A DNA stretch of 44,692 nucleotides, filler included, from Jimgerdemannia flammicorona (lineage: Eukaryota), in the NCBI GenBank assembly GCA_003990765.1. It is 2 parts of 2 records of this genome, joined end to end, with 100 filler letters (N's around TTAATTAATTAA, not from the genome) between each part and the next. Parts side by side here need not be neighbours in the genome. Positions count along the whole stretch, not along the records: positions 1 to 22,297 come from RBNJ01001308.1; 1 more part is not named here. One strand, given 5' to 3'. This document shows, piece by piece, positions 1-12,561 of this stretch. The notes under the pieces are model-generated. The model had not been told where the DNA came from. It made no database searches and saw only the letters and a program-made list of their open reading frames with translations. How positions within the stretch are numbered: the first letter of the stretch is position 1; each line of letters starts with the position of its first letter. The position numbers and the translations under genes were made by a program.

Positions 1-1189
1 AATAAAAAAGAAAAAAATAAAATAGTAATAAATTAATAAAAAAAAAAAAAAAACAAACAAACAAATAATATAAACTATATTTTTAAAAAAAATAATTCTA
101 TTATGAAATATACTTATAAATTTGTTGTAAAGCTACCAATAAACTAATATATTATTTTATAGTAATTATATTTAATTTTTTGGATATCTCTATTCTTCTT
201 ATACTCTTTTGTAAACTCTTTTATAATACTAGAGTGTTCTTTTGCTTTTTATTTTTCTTTCTAAGACTGTTATATTGAGACTACACTTGTTGTAGCTATG
301 CTTGTTGAAGCTATATCTGATACTGAAGCTATTGCTATAGTATCTATCACAAGTAGTAATATAGAAGACATGTCTAATATGTATACTTGATTATAATATT
401 ACTTGATTGCTAAGAAGAGTGTGTATATGTTATTATTATAAGTTATATTATATATGAGTTTTGAATTACTATATTTAGGTTTGAATTTCAAATTAAATTT
501 TAAATTCAATTTGATTTATTGAGAGTACTAAAAGAGACTGTCACTCAATTCAAAAGTTTATTATTATCTTAGACAAGAAGAGAGATATCTGCTATTCTAC
601 AGAGAAAAAGGTCACTACTTATATAAATATATAAGTAAAATCAAGTATAAGGCTCAGCCAAGCAATACTACTCAAAATAGAGAATAGACCAATACTATTA
701 CCTTTAAAGAAATTGGAGAGTCTGATGAAGAAGAATAGAAGACCTATCCTATATAGATCAGTAAGAAAAATATTTACAAGGAACTCTACAAGAGACTATC
801 AGAGAGACCCAAGAAGAACTCTGTGGAAAAATAGATAAAAACTACTATAGAAAGCTAAGCTGAAGAAATAAATCAAGATATAGAGTTGGAATAGATTATA
901 TAAGATATTATTTGAGGAACTACTCTAGTCAGTAAAAAAAAAAAGAAGAAGAAGCTTCACAAAATCAAGACTTTTAAATATAATATCTTCAAGGATCTCA
1001 GCCAATAAATGGTCAATACAACCTTTGGTCAGCTAGCAGAAATACTCACATTTAGACAGCAAATGAGATGTAGACTTACCAAAACAACTAAGAAGTAAGG
1101 TTGAAAGATAACCAAGGCCAATAATATTCAAGAAGTCTCAGAAGAAGAAAGTGAAGACAATCACAAGACCTCTATCTATGTAACTTATC

Positions 1190-1540
1190 AGATTGAAGAT
1201 AGAGTCTTTGAAGTCATCATTAATATAGGAGCAGGAGGATATCTCTTCAGTAAGAAGGCAGCAGACTATCTAGGCTGAGAGATTGAAGAAGTAACTAAAC
1301 TGGTATTCATTATAGCAGATAGTATAAGAGCCACATCTCTAGAAAAGATCTGAGATATTTTCATTAAGTTTGGAGGAATAACTATCCCAGTAGATATGAT
1401 CATAACCAATACTACCAACTATGATATCTTTATTGGTAACTAATGGTTTTATAAAGCTAAGATAATAATTAATTTGAATGTCTAGAAGATACAGATTATT
1501 TATTAAGGATAGAAGATGTAAATTTCTATCAATATCAATA
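1190..1540 (+). pseudogene. Retropepsin aspartic protease remnant
   Basis: QIEDRVFEVIINIGAGG (decayed DTG motif) and YDIFIGN*W (DILLGxDW motif). Confidence 0.75.
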
Positions 1541-1649
1541 AAGAAGTATTCTCTGAAATAGAGAAAAAAGAAAGTGAACAAGAAGAGACCTACATAGTGA
1601 TTATCAGAAAAAGAAGAAGAAAGTCAGATGAATTAGTAAAGAGAGCTGG

Positions 1650-3230
1650 TGTAAGAAGATTATAAAAAGATATATACTATAAGAAGTCTGCTCTTATAGA
1701 ATCAAGATATATTATATGGTATAAGAAGGTTACTTGTTAGAGTAACTATTACATAGTTCTGGAAGAATTTTCTAGAAGTTCTGAATATTCTGGAAGACTA
1801 TTTTCTTAAGGTCAAGATTAATTTCATATAGAGTATATTCTCTATACTTATTGATTTCAAAATTAGATTGATATCTCAACCAAAGTCCTTTTTTGAACTA
1901 GTTCTGAATGTTCAGGATTTTCTATATTTTAGAAAGTTCAAGAAACTAAGATCAGCTTAGTTGAATTGGTATATTGCTGTAGACAATATCTAATTAGGAA
2001 ATTTTATGATAGGGTTGGAAGTGGGACCTAATGGGAAGTGGATTTACTTAAGAGTAGTTTATAAGTTATTAAATAGATTTATTTGCTATTCATGATATTA
2101 CTATACTAAAAGTAGTTGTGTAAAGAAATATTGTAAAGAAGTGCTCAGGATTGTGTTCAGAGTATTTTAGTCTATTCAAGTCTGAGATTTTGAGGTCTGA
2201 AAGAGGGGGTATTTATACTAGTGAGGGACTATCTGGACTATACTGAATATAGATATAGCACTTAGTACCTTGTTGAGTCAGAATATAGTTATGTAGTATA
2301 AGTGTAATCTGATATATCAAGAGATTGTCTGACTGCTGAGTCAGTTCACAGTCATGTCATATAAGACTAATCTAACTATACTATGACTGCTGAGCTATTT
2401 ATAGATTTAGATACTATCTGGTTAGTCTTTGATGATATTACTATTGATGACATCATCTCTGGCAAAGTCTGAGCAGTTTTCTGACTTCTGATATCATCAG
2501 TTTCAAAGATATCATCATCTCTGTCTCTTGTAAAATTAAGACTATCCTTGGTAGCAGTAGTTGTACAAGGATAATAGATCTTGGTTCTCTTTTTTTTTAG
2601 ACTGCTGGTATATTTGTAAGGACTGGCCTTCCTTGTCTAAAGCAAGGGCTCCCAATGTTGCAGCTGGGAGTTCAAATCTCTCAGAAATGATATTTTCTAT
2701 AATCTGAGGTAATTTCTAGTAATAATATCTGTCATGTAGATAGACTTAAGATTGGTTTCAACAATATCAGCTTTCTTGAGTTTAGATAAAACATCTGTCA
2801 TTCTCCATGGAGATGATACAGATAGAGTGAACAGAGTTGTTCAAATATATTTTACTTCTGCTAAGTAATAAGGTCTTATATAGTTACAGTATATCTTGGT
2901 CTTAAGTTAATAAGTACAGTTCATAAATCTTTGATAAATAAGAGAGGTTCTTCTCATCTTGGTTTAAGTTTGGTACTTTAGTTTCCTTTTATATATAATA
3001 ATATGGTATACTAAAACTAGTTATAGAGATATAGGGTTAGTCTTATGGTTGTAGTACTTCTTCTAGTATTCTTGTATCTTGGTAGTAGGTTCTCATGCTT
3101 ACTGGTATATTTTGTGTAACCAGGTAATCTCTTCAGTAACTTGTTTTATAGTCTCACATGTGGTTTTTAAATTAGTTCTGAGGATGACATAAGCTTGAAG
3201 GTTGTGCACTTATATATAAAGTATGTCAAT
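1650..3230 (-). mobile_element. 3' fragment of another Gypsy element (integrase C-terminus, PPT, 3' LTR ~1650-2452) nested in the first
   Basis: Minus strand reads IQEY*KKYYN and STKLKPR*EEP (KLxPRWxGP motif) at ~2950-3080. A purine-rich tract is followed by TGTCATC at 2452. TATAAATACCCCC promoter-like motif at ~2205-2217. Left end uncertain. Confidence 0.6.
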
Positions 3231-3383
3231 AATTGCTACTAGTGTATTAGTAGAATTAAGAAGATCTATCATAAAAGAAGACAGAAGGTCCTTGAGAAAC
3301 AGGCCAGAGAAGAGAAAGAGAAAAAAGAGAATAATAAACTACTAGCCCTCCTAGAGGACAGTGATGATGAAGAAGAAATCAAG

Positions 3384-3792
3384 GTTAAAATTCAGAAAAT
3401 TCACTCTGATGTAGTTCTACCAGAATATGAGTTAGAGAATATAGCTAGAATGACTATTGTTATAGTAGAAGAAACTGTATCCAAGCCCCAGACAATCACC
3501 TTACTTATAACTAGTTTTGAGGTAACTATTCTAAAAGACTATATCAGAATCCTCAAGACAAGAAGCAGCCTGGCTAAGAGTGAAATTACTATTGAAAGAG
3601 AAGTCATTAATTCAGATTATATCAGAGAAATACTACTTATTGCTAGGAACTATAACTCTATAATTCCATTTCCAATCAAGAAGGAGGACTAACTAACACA
3701 GATGTTAATCTTTCCAATTCTTTAGCTAAAGATTATAGAAGTCAAGAAGTTAGAGAAAATAGAGAGAAAGGAAGAGATTCAGATCTACAGAA
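3384..3792 (+). pseudogene. dUTPase domain of Gypsy pol (between protease and RT)
   Basis: VKIQKIHSDVVLPEY...TRSSLAKSEITIEREVINSDYIREILLIARN...RERKRFRST: decayed dUTPase motifs 2 (RSS/GLA), 3 (GVIDxDYxGE) and 5 (RGxxGFGSTG). Confidence 0.85.
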
Positions 3793-3969
3793 AGAGGAGT
3801 ATTTGTGAGTACCAAGATCACCAAACTAGACCACAAGAAGGAGGAAACTACAAACAAGCATAGTTATACTATTGGAAATAAATTCCTACTTAAGAAGAAA
3901 CTCAAGAAGATACTTTATAAATTTGAGAATATTCTAGTTACAGATTTCAAAGATATTAAAGAAAAGATA

Positions 3970-5243
3970 TCATACTACTACTATGATATAGATATAGAAG
4001 ATACCAAACTAATCTACCAAAAAGCAAGATCAATTCCATCAGCCTACTGTAAATAGCTCAGAGAAGAAATCAAGCAGATAGAAGAAACTGGTATTATTAA
4101 AGAAGCCAGCAGTCCTTGGGCTTTACCAGTTATACTAGCTCTGAAGAAAGAAAGCAAACCAGGAGAATTTGTCACAAGACTCTGTACTGATTACAAAAAG
4201 TTCAACCTGGTTATCAAGAAGAACTATTAACTACTATATTAGTAATATTTTTGTAACTCTGGAAGATAAAGTATAGGTATTATAGTACCTTGAATTTATA
4301 CTCAGAATTCTATCAAATTGGTCTCACCAAAACAGCAAGTGAGAAGTCAGTCTTCATGACCCCAGACAGAATCTATATCTACCTATAAATACTATTCAGA
4401 ATGTACAATATACTAGTAAGCTTCTAGCAAATGATAAATAAAATCGTCCACTATAATATAGAAAGATAGATGATGATTTATATAGATGACATGATTATCT
4501 ATAATAAGACAGCAGATGATGGAAAAGCTAAGGAAGTATAGCTTATATATTAAGCTCAAGAAGTATAAGTTTACAGAAATCAAGATCTCTTACCTTAGTC
4601 ATATCATCAACTGAGATGGAATATACTCAAGATTAAAGTAATAGTAGTATATCTAAGATCTACTGTGATCACTAAAGTCCAAGCTTTCATGAAACTCACC
4701 TTATACTATTATAGATTTATTAGAGGATTCTCTGATATTGCAGACCTAATATACAAACTCAACAAGAAGGATATCAAGTTTCAATAGACTGGTAGGTAAT
4801 AAAAAATATTTAATAAGCTCAAGATCAGACTAATCCAAACATCTATTCTCAGAAGATCTGATTGGACTCAAGAATTTATCCTATAGATAAATGTAAGTAT
4901 ATAAGAACTAAGAGCAGTTCTGGCCCAGAAAAAAGATAAAGTAGAGTATATCATTATACATATATCTTAGCTAAGAAACCTGAGAAGTTAAAAAATAATA
5001 TGAATTCTATAAGTTAGAATGTCTTGCAGTTATCTGAGCTATAGAAAGTTCCACTACTACCTCACCAGAAGACACTTTACTATACAGACAGATTACTCAG
5101 CTCTTATTTAGCTACTAACTACAAAGTAATACAAAGGAATCTATATCAGATGAATTATGAAGTTGTAGACCTATGATGTAACTATTGTGTACTATCCTAA
5201 AAGAACTAATACTAATATAGATGCTCTCTCACAAATACCCTGA
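3970..5243 (+). pseudogene. Gypsy reverse transcriptase and RNase H remnant
   Basis: SPWALPV, RLCTDY and YIDD motifs; RNase H FIL*INVS (from YTDAS), LECLAVI*AI, TDYSAL, IDALSQ. Confidence 0.88.
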
Positions 5244-5633
5244 AGGACTCTCAACCAACAAATCAATAATGAATAAAGAGCTTTACTATAGAATTATCAC
5301 CTATCTGGAATAGTGAAAGATGTCCCAATATCTGGAAGAATGAATACAAATAATTATTAATAGAATATGAAAACAATTTGAAACTGATAGAGAAATATTG
5401 AAGAAAGGAAAGTTATTAGTTATATCTAAATACAAAAAGGAGCAAGCAATGAAATCAATATATAAACTTAGCCATCTATAAGGAATAAATATCTATAAAA
5501 AAGCAAGAAGAATAATGTGATGGCCAGGAATAGAGAAAGTTATCAGATGATTTATCAAGATCTGTAACAATACTAGAAACAGAAACAAGACTAACAAAAT
5601 CAGACCCCAGGCTCAGTATATATAGAACTAGTA

Positions 5634-5667
<34 letters not shown>

Positions 5668-5726
5668 GTCTCTTGGACTCTGTCTTTATTACCAGTCTAT
5701 GAATAAGTATACAATATAACCACCCA

Positions 5727-8700
5727 CTAACCAATCCCCATCGGGGGGCCCCACCCCACCTCTTCATGTATAAAAACCACCCTCTCACCAACAACTCCAA
5801 CTCTCCCACCACTCTGACCACAGATTTTCACCACTAAGTGGCACCTCCAACCCCCCTGCAGCCCCCAGCCAAGCCACCATCCTGTCAAGGTATCCTCCAT
5901 AAGGAACTGCCACCTTGCTAACTGGCTCCCCAAGCTCTGTCGCTTTTCCTCCTCAAATACAAATAGCCAGTGTCCGGCCAGCCCAACCCAAATAGCTAAT
6001 GCCCAGTCTAGCATAATCCACTCTTCCCCTACCCCTCCTATCAATCGATCCCTCAGGTCCTCCCACCTCCCCTGTACATCATCACCCCTACGCCTTACCC
6101 TCAAGTGGTCCCCAATGGTCTGCCAAAAGTCTCCCAATACCTCACACTCCCCTAGCCAATGTTCTGGCATCTGTACCAATCCCCCTTCCTGCCCTACATT
6201 ATGGCACTCCTCACAGTCAAAGCAGCCCCCGACAACAAGGTGTCCTGAGCAGAAGTTAAGCATCACATTCCTCCTCAGTATATGCCACCAGACTATCCAG
6301 TACTTCAGTGGCATCCAAATTTTCACTGCAGCACTCCAGGTCCAAACCCCATGCCAGTCCCACTCCTCACTAATTCCAACTCCTTGCCAACCGCTAGGCC
6401 ACAGATCCTGGCCTAGTCCCCTTTGGCATTCGATGCTATCACTAATGTTAAACTCTAGTAAAGGTACGCCTCCCAGAAGAATGCAGTCCCATCTCCACAT
6501 TGCCAGGCCCCCAAGCCCTCTCCCCCTTATCCCCTCGCCAGCGAATACCAATGTGGTGTGCCCCCTCGGCTATACCCTACCAGAAGCCTTTATATCTCAG
6601 TTGCACAGTATTCTGAAGTCCAACCAATGAGAGAAGATCGCCAGTCAAACCTCTAGGTGATGTCCTCCCCTCCCATATCTTCTGCAGCAAGGGGACCCAG
6701 TCCCCTCCATGCAACTCCACCGCCCTCCTCAGCCACCAAGCCCGCAAGCAGTGTAGTCTTTTGGAGAAGTCCACTAGCCCAAGACCACCTCTTGTCACTG
6801 GTAGGGACAGAGTCTCCCAACCAATCTGACTCCATCTGCCAGCCCAAATCCATCCCTTGGCCACCTTCACCAATCTCTTCACCACCCAGGCTGGGAAGTT
6901 CAGATGATAGGCCAAATACCACAGCTTCGGCAGCCAGTAAACATTCAAAATCGAGATCCTCTCTGCCAGAGAGAAGTGCCTACCTCCCCAACCCCACAGG
7001 TCCTCCTCCCAAATTCCAATCCTCTGCTCCCACCACAGCCTGGGCAAAACAGACCCATAGACCGACAAATAGATGCCCAAGTACTGCACTGCCTCTCTGG
7101 TGGGGACAATTGTTCCAATAACTTCCCTGCCCACCAAGCCATTGCCCAGTACCATTGTCTCACACTTGTGCCAATTCAGCTTTGCCCCAGAGTTCACCTC
7201 ATACCACTCCACTATCTTCTGGAGCTCCTCGACATCTGCAGTCACCCCCAAACCAACCACCATGTCATCTGCAAAGGCCCCAACCTTCCAGCCAACTCCA
7301 TAGATAGCTAGCCCCACGATCCTCTGCCGAATCCTGTCCATGAGAGGTTCCAAGGAAAGAGCATACAAAATGGGGGACAGTGGGTCTGGGGCACTCCCCT
7401 GCCCAGAGAGAAAGCCACCCCTCAATGTCCATTGCACACCAGTGCAGCCCTACTCCTTTCCAGTAGGCTGACTATTGCCGACTGAAATAAGGCCGGAACT
7501 TCAATTCTATCCAATACTTTCACCAGCCAGACCTGCCATACCCGGTCATAAGCCTTCTCCTGATCCAAGAAGACAAGACACCCATCTAGTCTACAGGCTC
7601 GAGCACCTTCAATAACTCCATGTACCCAGGCCATGCCATCTCTAATGAGCTGACCCCCTATGAAGCCCCTCTGTTCAACACCCACAATCTGCTGGGCCAC
7701 CTTCTGTAGCCTTGCGACCACCACCTTAGTCACCAACTTCCTGTCCATATCTAACAGCATTATCAGCCGCCAGTTCCTCCAATCCTCACACCTTCCCTTG
7801 TTCTTATAGAGCAGCATCACCAGCCCAAGGTCTTGCTCTCCCACCCATCTCCCTGACTGCAATATAGAGTCACACAGTACTGTCAACTCCCCCAATATGC
7901 CTGGGACTTCCACCATTCACTTCCAGAAATCCCAGGGGAGGCCATCCTCCCCAGGTGCCGTACCTGAGGCTGTCGCGGCAAGAACCTGGTGGATCTCATC
8001 CTCCTTTACTGGTATCACCAGATCACCTAGTCCCTCAGCTTGTGGTGGGTGCCAATCTTCTAATGTTTGGTCAATGGCTATAGCATCTGCCCCACCCTCC
8101 TCCTCACTCCACAATCCACTCCATCATGCCTTCAGCATTCCAAGGATGTCCTGTACACCATACACTAGTACATCATCAGAGTCAAGTACCCCTTCCCACC
8201 GCTGCTGTACCCTTCTCGCCCGAAGTGTCCTTGTGAGAAACTTGGAAGGCCTCTCCCCTTCCTCCACCCCCTGCCAATGAAGCCGAGCCACTAGGCCCCG
8301 TACCCTTGACTCTTCCTCTTCCCACAGCACCTGTTGCAGTTCCCCAACCTCCATCCTCACCCTCGTAATTCTCCAATCCTCTTCTCCCTCCACTGCAGCC
8401 AGTCTTGCCCACTCCTCCCACCAGGCCTCATCATTCAACAAGGAGGAATTCAGGCGCCAATGTCCAGGCCCATCTCTACTTCCCCCAAAAGACCCCTGTC
8501 TCAAGAGACCCCAGTGATCCGACCATGGACACCATTCAACCTCTAACACCTTTCAGACATTGTGGCCCCAACAGTCAGCCATCAGAATCCAGTCAATCCT
8601 TGTCCCCAGGCCTCCAGCCCAATGCGTATAAACTCTCCTGTCCTCCATCAGTTCTGTCCAGTTGTACATCCCGAACCATATTGAAATCTCCTCCAAGCAT

Positions 8701-9099
8701 ATCTAACCCAGCTTTAGCAAGGATCCCACTCTCCAGTAGCCCTTTCACCCAATCCACACACTCCCCCCACACTGCAGGGTAGTAACAGGAGCCAACTGTG
8801 ACCAGCTCTCAACCTGCTCGAATCCACTCACCCCAGACCAGTCTCTCCCCCCAGCTCCTCACATCCTTTATCTCCCCTCTGCCTTTCCGAACCAGAATCC
8901 CAACCTTGCTGTTCCAAATCGCCATGCCACCCCATTCCTTAGTCCATTCCATCCTATCAGCATCATTCTTGCACCTGACATCCTGCAAGAGGAAGAGATC
9001 AGCCTCCAATCCCTTCAACCAAAGAAAAATGTTCCTGCGTCTAGCTGCCTCCCTAAGCCCATTCACGTTCAAAGAAAAAATGTTGGTTGTACTGTTCAT
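5727..9099 (-). pseudogene. LINE ORF2: apurinic-like endonuclease, reverse transcriptase and C-terminal Cys/His finger (frameshifted, internally deleted)
   Basis: MNSTTNIFSLNVNGL, LQDVR, GDFN and SDH (APE). APGEDGLP, NWRLIMLL, FLDQEKAYDRV, RGVPQ/DPLSP (frameshift at QG), AFADD and YLGI (RT). CEEC...PEHWLGEC (finger). Confidence 0.93.
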
Positions 9100-9129
9100 A
9101 ATAAAATACGGTTTGTTCCCGATCAATCC

Positions 9130-11160
9130 CTACTGCTCCATACCCCTCTCCTCCTGTGCCGTGTCCAGATTATGTTCAGCCATCACCTCCTCCTCTTCGG
9201 CCCTCTGAGCCTCCAGTCCAGCCAACAGCTCATTCATCTCCTCATCAGTCTTCTCCTCAAACTCCTCACGGTACTTGATGCAAGCCTCCTGCCAAAGTTG
9301 CAACCTATGACACCTGTTCCAACAGTACTCTGCCTTCTCCCCAGTGACCACTGCCAACTCCGCCTCCCTCTCCTTATCTACCTCATACCCTTCCTCTGCC
9401 AGATACACTGCGAGAATTTCTGCCTTCAGTGCCATCGCCACTCCTTCCCCCTGCAAAATTCTCATCCAGTGCTCATCATCCATCCCACGCAAGTCCACCT
9501 CCCCCAGCTCATCTGCCGCCAGGTTATTCATCATCTGGCACATCCAAAGTAGGTTCCCCACCTCCTTACCACCAGGGGTCACTGGCCTCTCTCCATCCAG
9601 CATTGTGGTGTCCGCTCCCGCACTCGCGTCCTCATCCCACACCTCTGGGACATCCACCAGTTCCTCCTCTCCTGCTGCCCCCACTTGGTCCCCATCCAAC
9701 ACCTCCGGAATGCTGAATTTCACCTGCTGGGTTCCCAGCATCGTCACGTCCTCCCCAGGCTTGTTCCTGGAAGCTGGGCCACGCCTGATTAGAGGGGAAG
9801 GGGTGGGAGAGTTCTCCCAGCCATCATCCCAAATCTCCAAGGTGCCGTCAGCATATAGGTCTCTAATTTCCACCTCCTTAGCCTTTCCGGACCCTGCCCC
9901 TTCATTCCCACTCCTCTCACCAGCCCAGACACTCGCTCCGGCCCCTTCTGTACCCGTCTTCATGCTCATATCCTTCTGATGACCACCCCCCAGCTTGGCC
10001 AGCAAATCCTTCTGCCTCTTCTGCCCTTGAGCCCTTTCCCACTGCACCTTGTCCACTCAAATCCTCTTTCCATCCACCACCTCCAGGAGTGTCGACTCCT
10101 CGAAAGTCTTCCAGGCCTTAGCTCGCCATTCCACAGCCCCATCCAGCTCCTCCAGCGCTTCCAATAAATCTTCCTCCTCTTCTTCACTCCCTTTCACCTG
10201 CGTCACCTTGCACAGGAAAGCCCCCCAGACCAACACTGAAGGCCAGTCCCTCGTCTTCCTGGTAGCCTCTTTCCCAGCTAGCCGAATCCTCACATCCACA
10301 TCCCCAGTCCTGAGCGCGGTCCCTTCCCAGACCCTGAATCTGATGTCCACCATCTCGCCATACTCTGCCATGACATCCTTCACTCTCTTTCTCATCTCCA
10401 TCACCGTCACCATGGGTACTCCTTTCACCAGCAGTTGGACCACCCTCGGGTCTCATTTCAAACACCTCGCCATCAGAACATACACCTCCCCAACCACTAA
10501 CCCAACCTTCAGCACCTCCTCCAGTGGTTCCACCTCCTCAAATCCCACCTCCACCCCCTCCAGTCCCTTCAGAAACTTCACCGAAGCCGCTCCTGCCACC
10601 TGCTTAGCGATAAGCCCCAACACCATTTTTGCCATTACTGCTAAGCCCCGGAAGCACAGCGTGACTGCGAACGCCGAGATCGACTTCTTGAGTAATGGAG
10701 CCACCGCCAGTCCCATCACACCATCCGCCAGGTCCCCAGGCCTCATGTCCTTCCCACTGCTCGGCTCACCATCAGCAGTCTCATCTAGATTTTTTTCCAG
10801 ATCACCTGTCACACCCCCATCAGCAGTCCCTGCCCCAGCCGCTACCCCCCCAGCTCCACTCCTATGGCCCTCCAGAGAGGCATCTCCAAGCGGTTGCTGC
10901 CTAGAAGCCGCCACCGGTACCTTCCCCCCTCTCAGCCAGCTTTCCAGTCCAGCTCCCTGTCAACCCCCCTTCACCTTCTCCGCAAAGCTCACCCTGCTGG
11001 ACCCTTGACCTCCAGCTCCACCCCCTCTTCCACCATGGCCCCCCGCCAGCAGGCCCCTCATGCTTTCCCCCAAGCTGGGGCCTCTCCCCACTTGCTGCCA
11101 TTCAAATGCTCCAGGGCCACCCTGCCCAGTACGCACCTCCGGATGCTCGTCGGTCACTAT
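9130..11160 (-). pseudogene. LINE ORF1 (RRM-like core, acidic C-terminal half), with stops
   Basis: Near-continuous frame via ORFs 10453-10914, 10057-10443 and 9130-10056. LLVKGVP...MAEYGEMVDIRF...TGD resembles an L1-type ORF1 RRM. Collinear with the copy at 18850-20970. Start uncertain. Confidence 0.75.
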
Positions 11161-11271
11161 GATACTAGTAGCTTTTCTCCAGAAACTGTGTCAAAAGTGT
11201 TGCCAAAGGGTTGTGTAACCTGAATGTTACCGGAGAAAGGTGGATGGTATTACTGAGAACTAGTACTCTTT

Positions 11272-12065
11272 GTATATACTATAATAGATGTAATTAGTCC
11301 TCTATCTTTGACTTTGAATAGCAACTGATACATCATTATTATTATAGACCTTTTTACAAAATAGATAGAGGCAGAACCTCTTAAAGAAGCCAATATACAG
11401 TCAATCACCAATTTCTTTCACAAAGAAATAATCTGCCAATTCAAGACCTCAATACAAGTAACTATAGATAGAGGAATAGTGTTTGTGAATCAGTTCTTTA
11501 AGATTCTTTATAAGAAGTATAAGATCTAGTACATTTAGACTACAGTCTATCATCTTCAGAGAAATAGATAAGCAGAAAGGACCAATAAGACTCTCAAGAA
11601 TATTATTACTAAGATCTGTGATAACTATGAAAACTGGGACCACTATCTGCTAATAGTATTATCTGCTCTCTAAGATATTTGATTATAAAGCACCTATTTT
11701 ATCTCTTAGGAAATGCTGTTTAGAGAAGAAAGTTTCCAAGAAACCCTATTATCTAATAGAGATATTATATAGAAATATATAGATATAAAGATATAGAGAC
11801 TATATAAAATCAGAAAAAAGACTAAGGATTAGTATTTGTACTATAATGAAATAATATAGAAAAGATTTATAAGCCTCTAGAGATCATTAAGATAGGAGAC
11901 AAAGTTCTGATATATCAGAATATAGTAGAGGCTTTATCATAAAAACTGAAGCCTAAGTAAGAAGAACCTTACTTCATATATATAAGATATAAAAGGAACT
12001 ATCTTTTAGCTATAAAAACTCTCTGACATAATCATCTCCACTACTATTTACTGAAACTAACTCAT
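11272..12065 (+). pseudogene. Gypsy integrase core and C-terminus (continuation of ~5270-5623)
   Basis: IDVISPL...YIIIIIDLFTK*IEAEPL, TIDRGIVFVN, NWDHYL, KLKPK*EEPY. Confidence 0.85.
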
Positions 12066-12561
12066 AACTAATCAATAGAGTACTACTATAGCTCTCAAGA
12101 TTACTAGTACTTACAATAAGCTATAGAAGGCAGTAGTATACTACTAAGCCATCTATCATAGAGGAAACCTTCAATAGTATTTAGAATATAATATAGATAT
12201 ATGTACTTATTATAAGTTTCACATTTCAAAGAACTGAACTGAGTTTCAAGAATACTTCAAGTTAGGACAGCTACTAAACTTACAGTTAGAGATGAGAAAA
12301 GAAGACTGGATTAGAGAGTGCCAGCTCTCTTATACTCAAATAACTATTGCTAAACAGATTAATAAGTTATTCAAAGATAATGAGCCAGCTTTAGCTCATT
12401 TTTGAGAAAGTTATAATAGTTGATCTAAATTAAAAATATGAATCAAAAGAATAGATATTTGATTTTAGTATCTGAATCCAATTCCCAAATATAGTATAGC
12501 CTTACAAATAGGCTATCATTTTACAAATATAGAAATTTTGACAAATGTTAAAGTTTTCACA

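Larger units (their letters stand above)
5640..11255 (-). mobile_element. Full-length L1/Tx1-like non-LTR retrotransposon (LINE), inactivated
   Basis: 16-bp TSD AGAACTAGTACTCTTT at 5624-5639 and 11256-11271. Poly(A) seen as a T-run to 5664. Contains ORF1 and ORF2 (APE-RT-Zn finger). Splits the Gypsy integrase. Confidence 0.95.
520..12300 (+). mobile_element. Degenerate Ty3/Gypsy LTR retrotransposon internal region (gag-PR-dUTPase-RT-RNaseH-IN), interrupted by nested insertions; LTRs not identified
   Basis: Domains in Gypsy order on +: eroded CCHC knuckle ~586-630; protease (VIINIGAGG from IIDTGAGG; DIFIGN*W) ~1190-1540; dUTPase 3384-3792; RT (SSPWALPVIL, RLCTDYKKFN, YIDD at 4479-4490); RNase H ~4850-5240; integrase split by the LINE. 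Many transition-generated stops. Outer ends approximate. Confidence 0.88.

Noticed and set aside
6115..11223. Numerous Ser/Pro-rich + strand ORFs (and - strand ORFs at 18916-20787)
   Set aside because: They are antisense shadows of the G-rich LINE coding strand.
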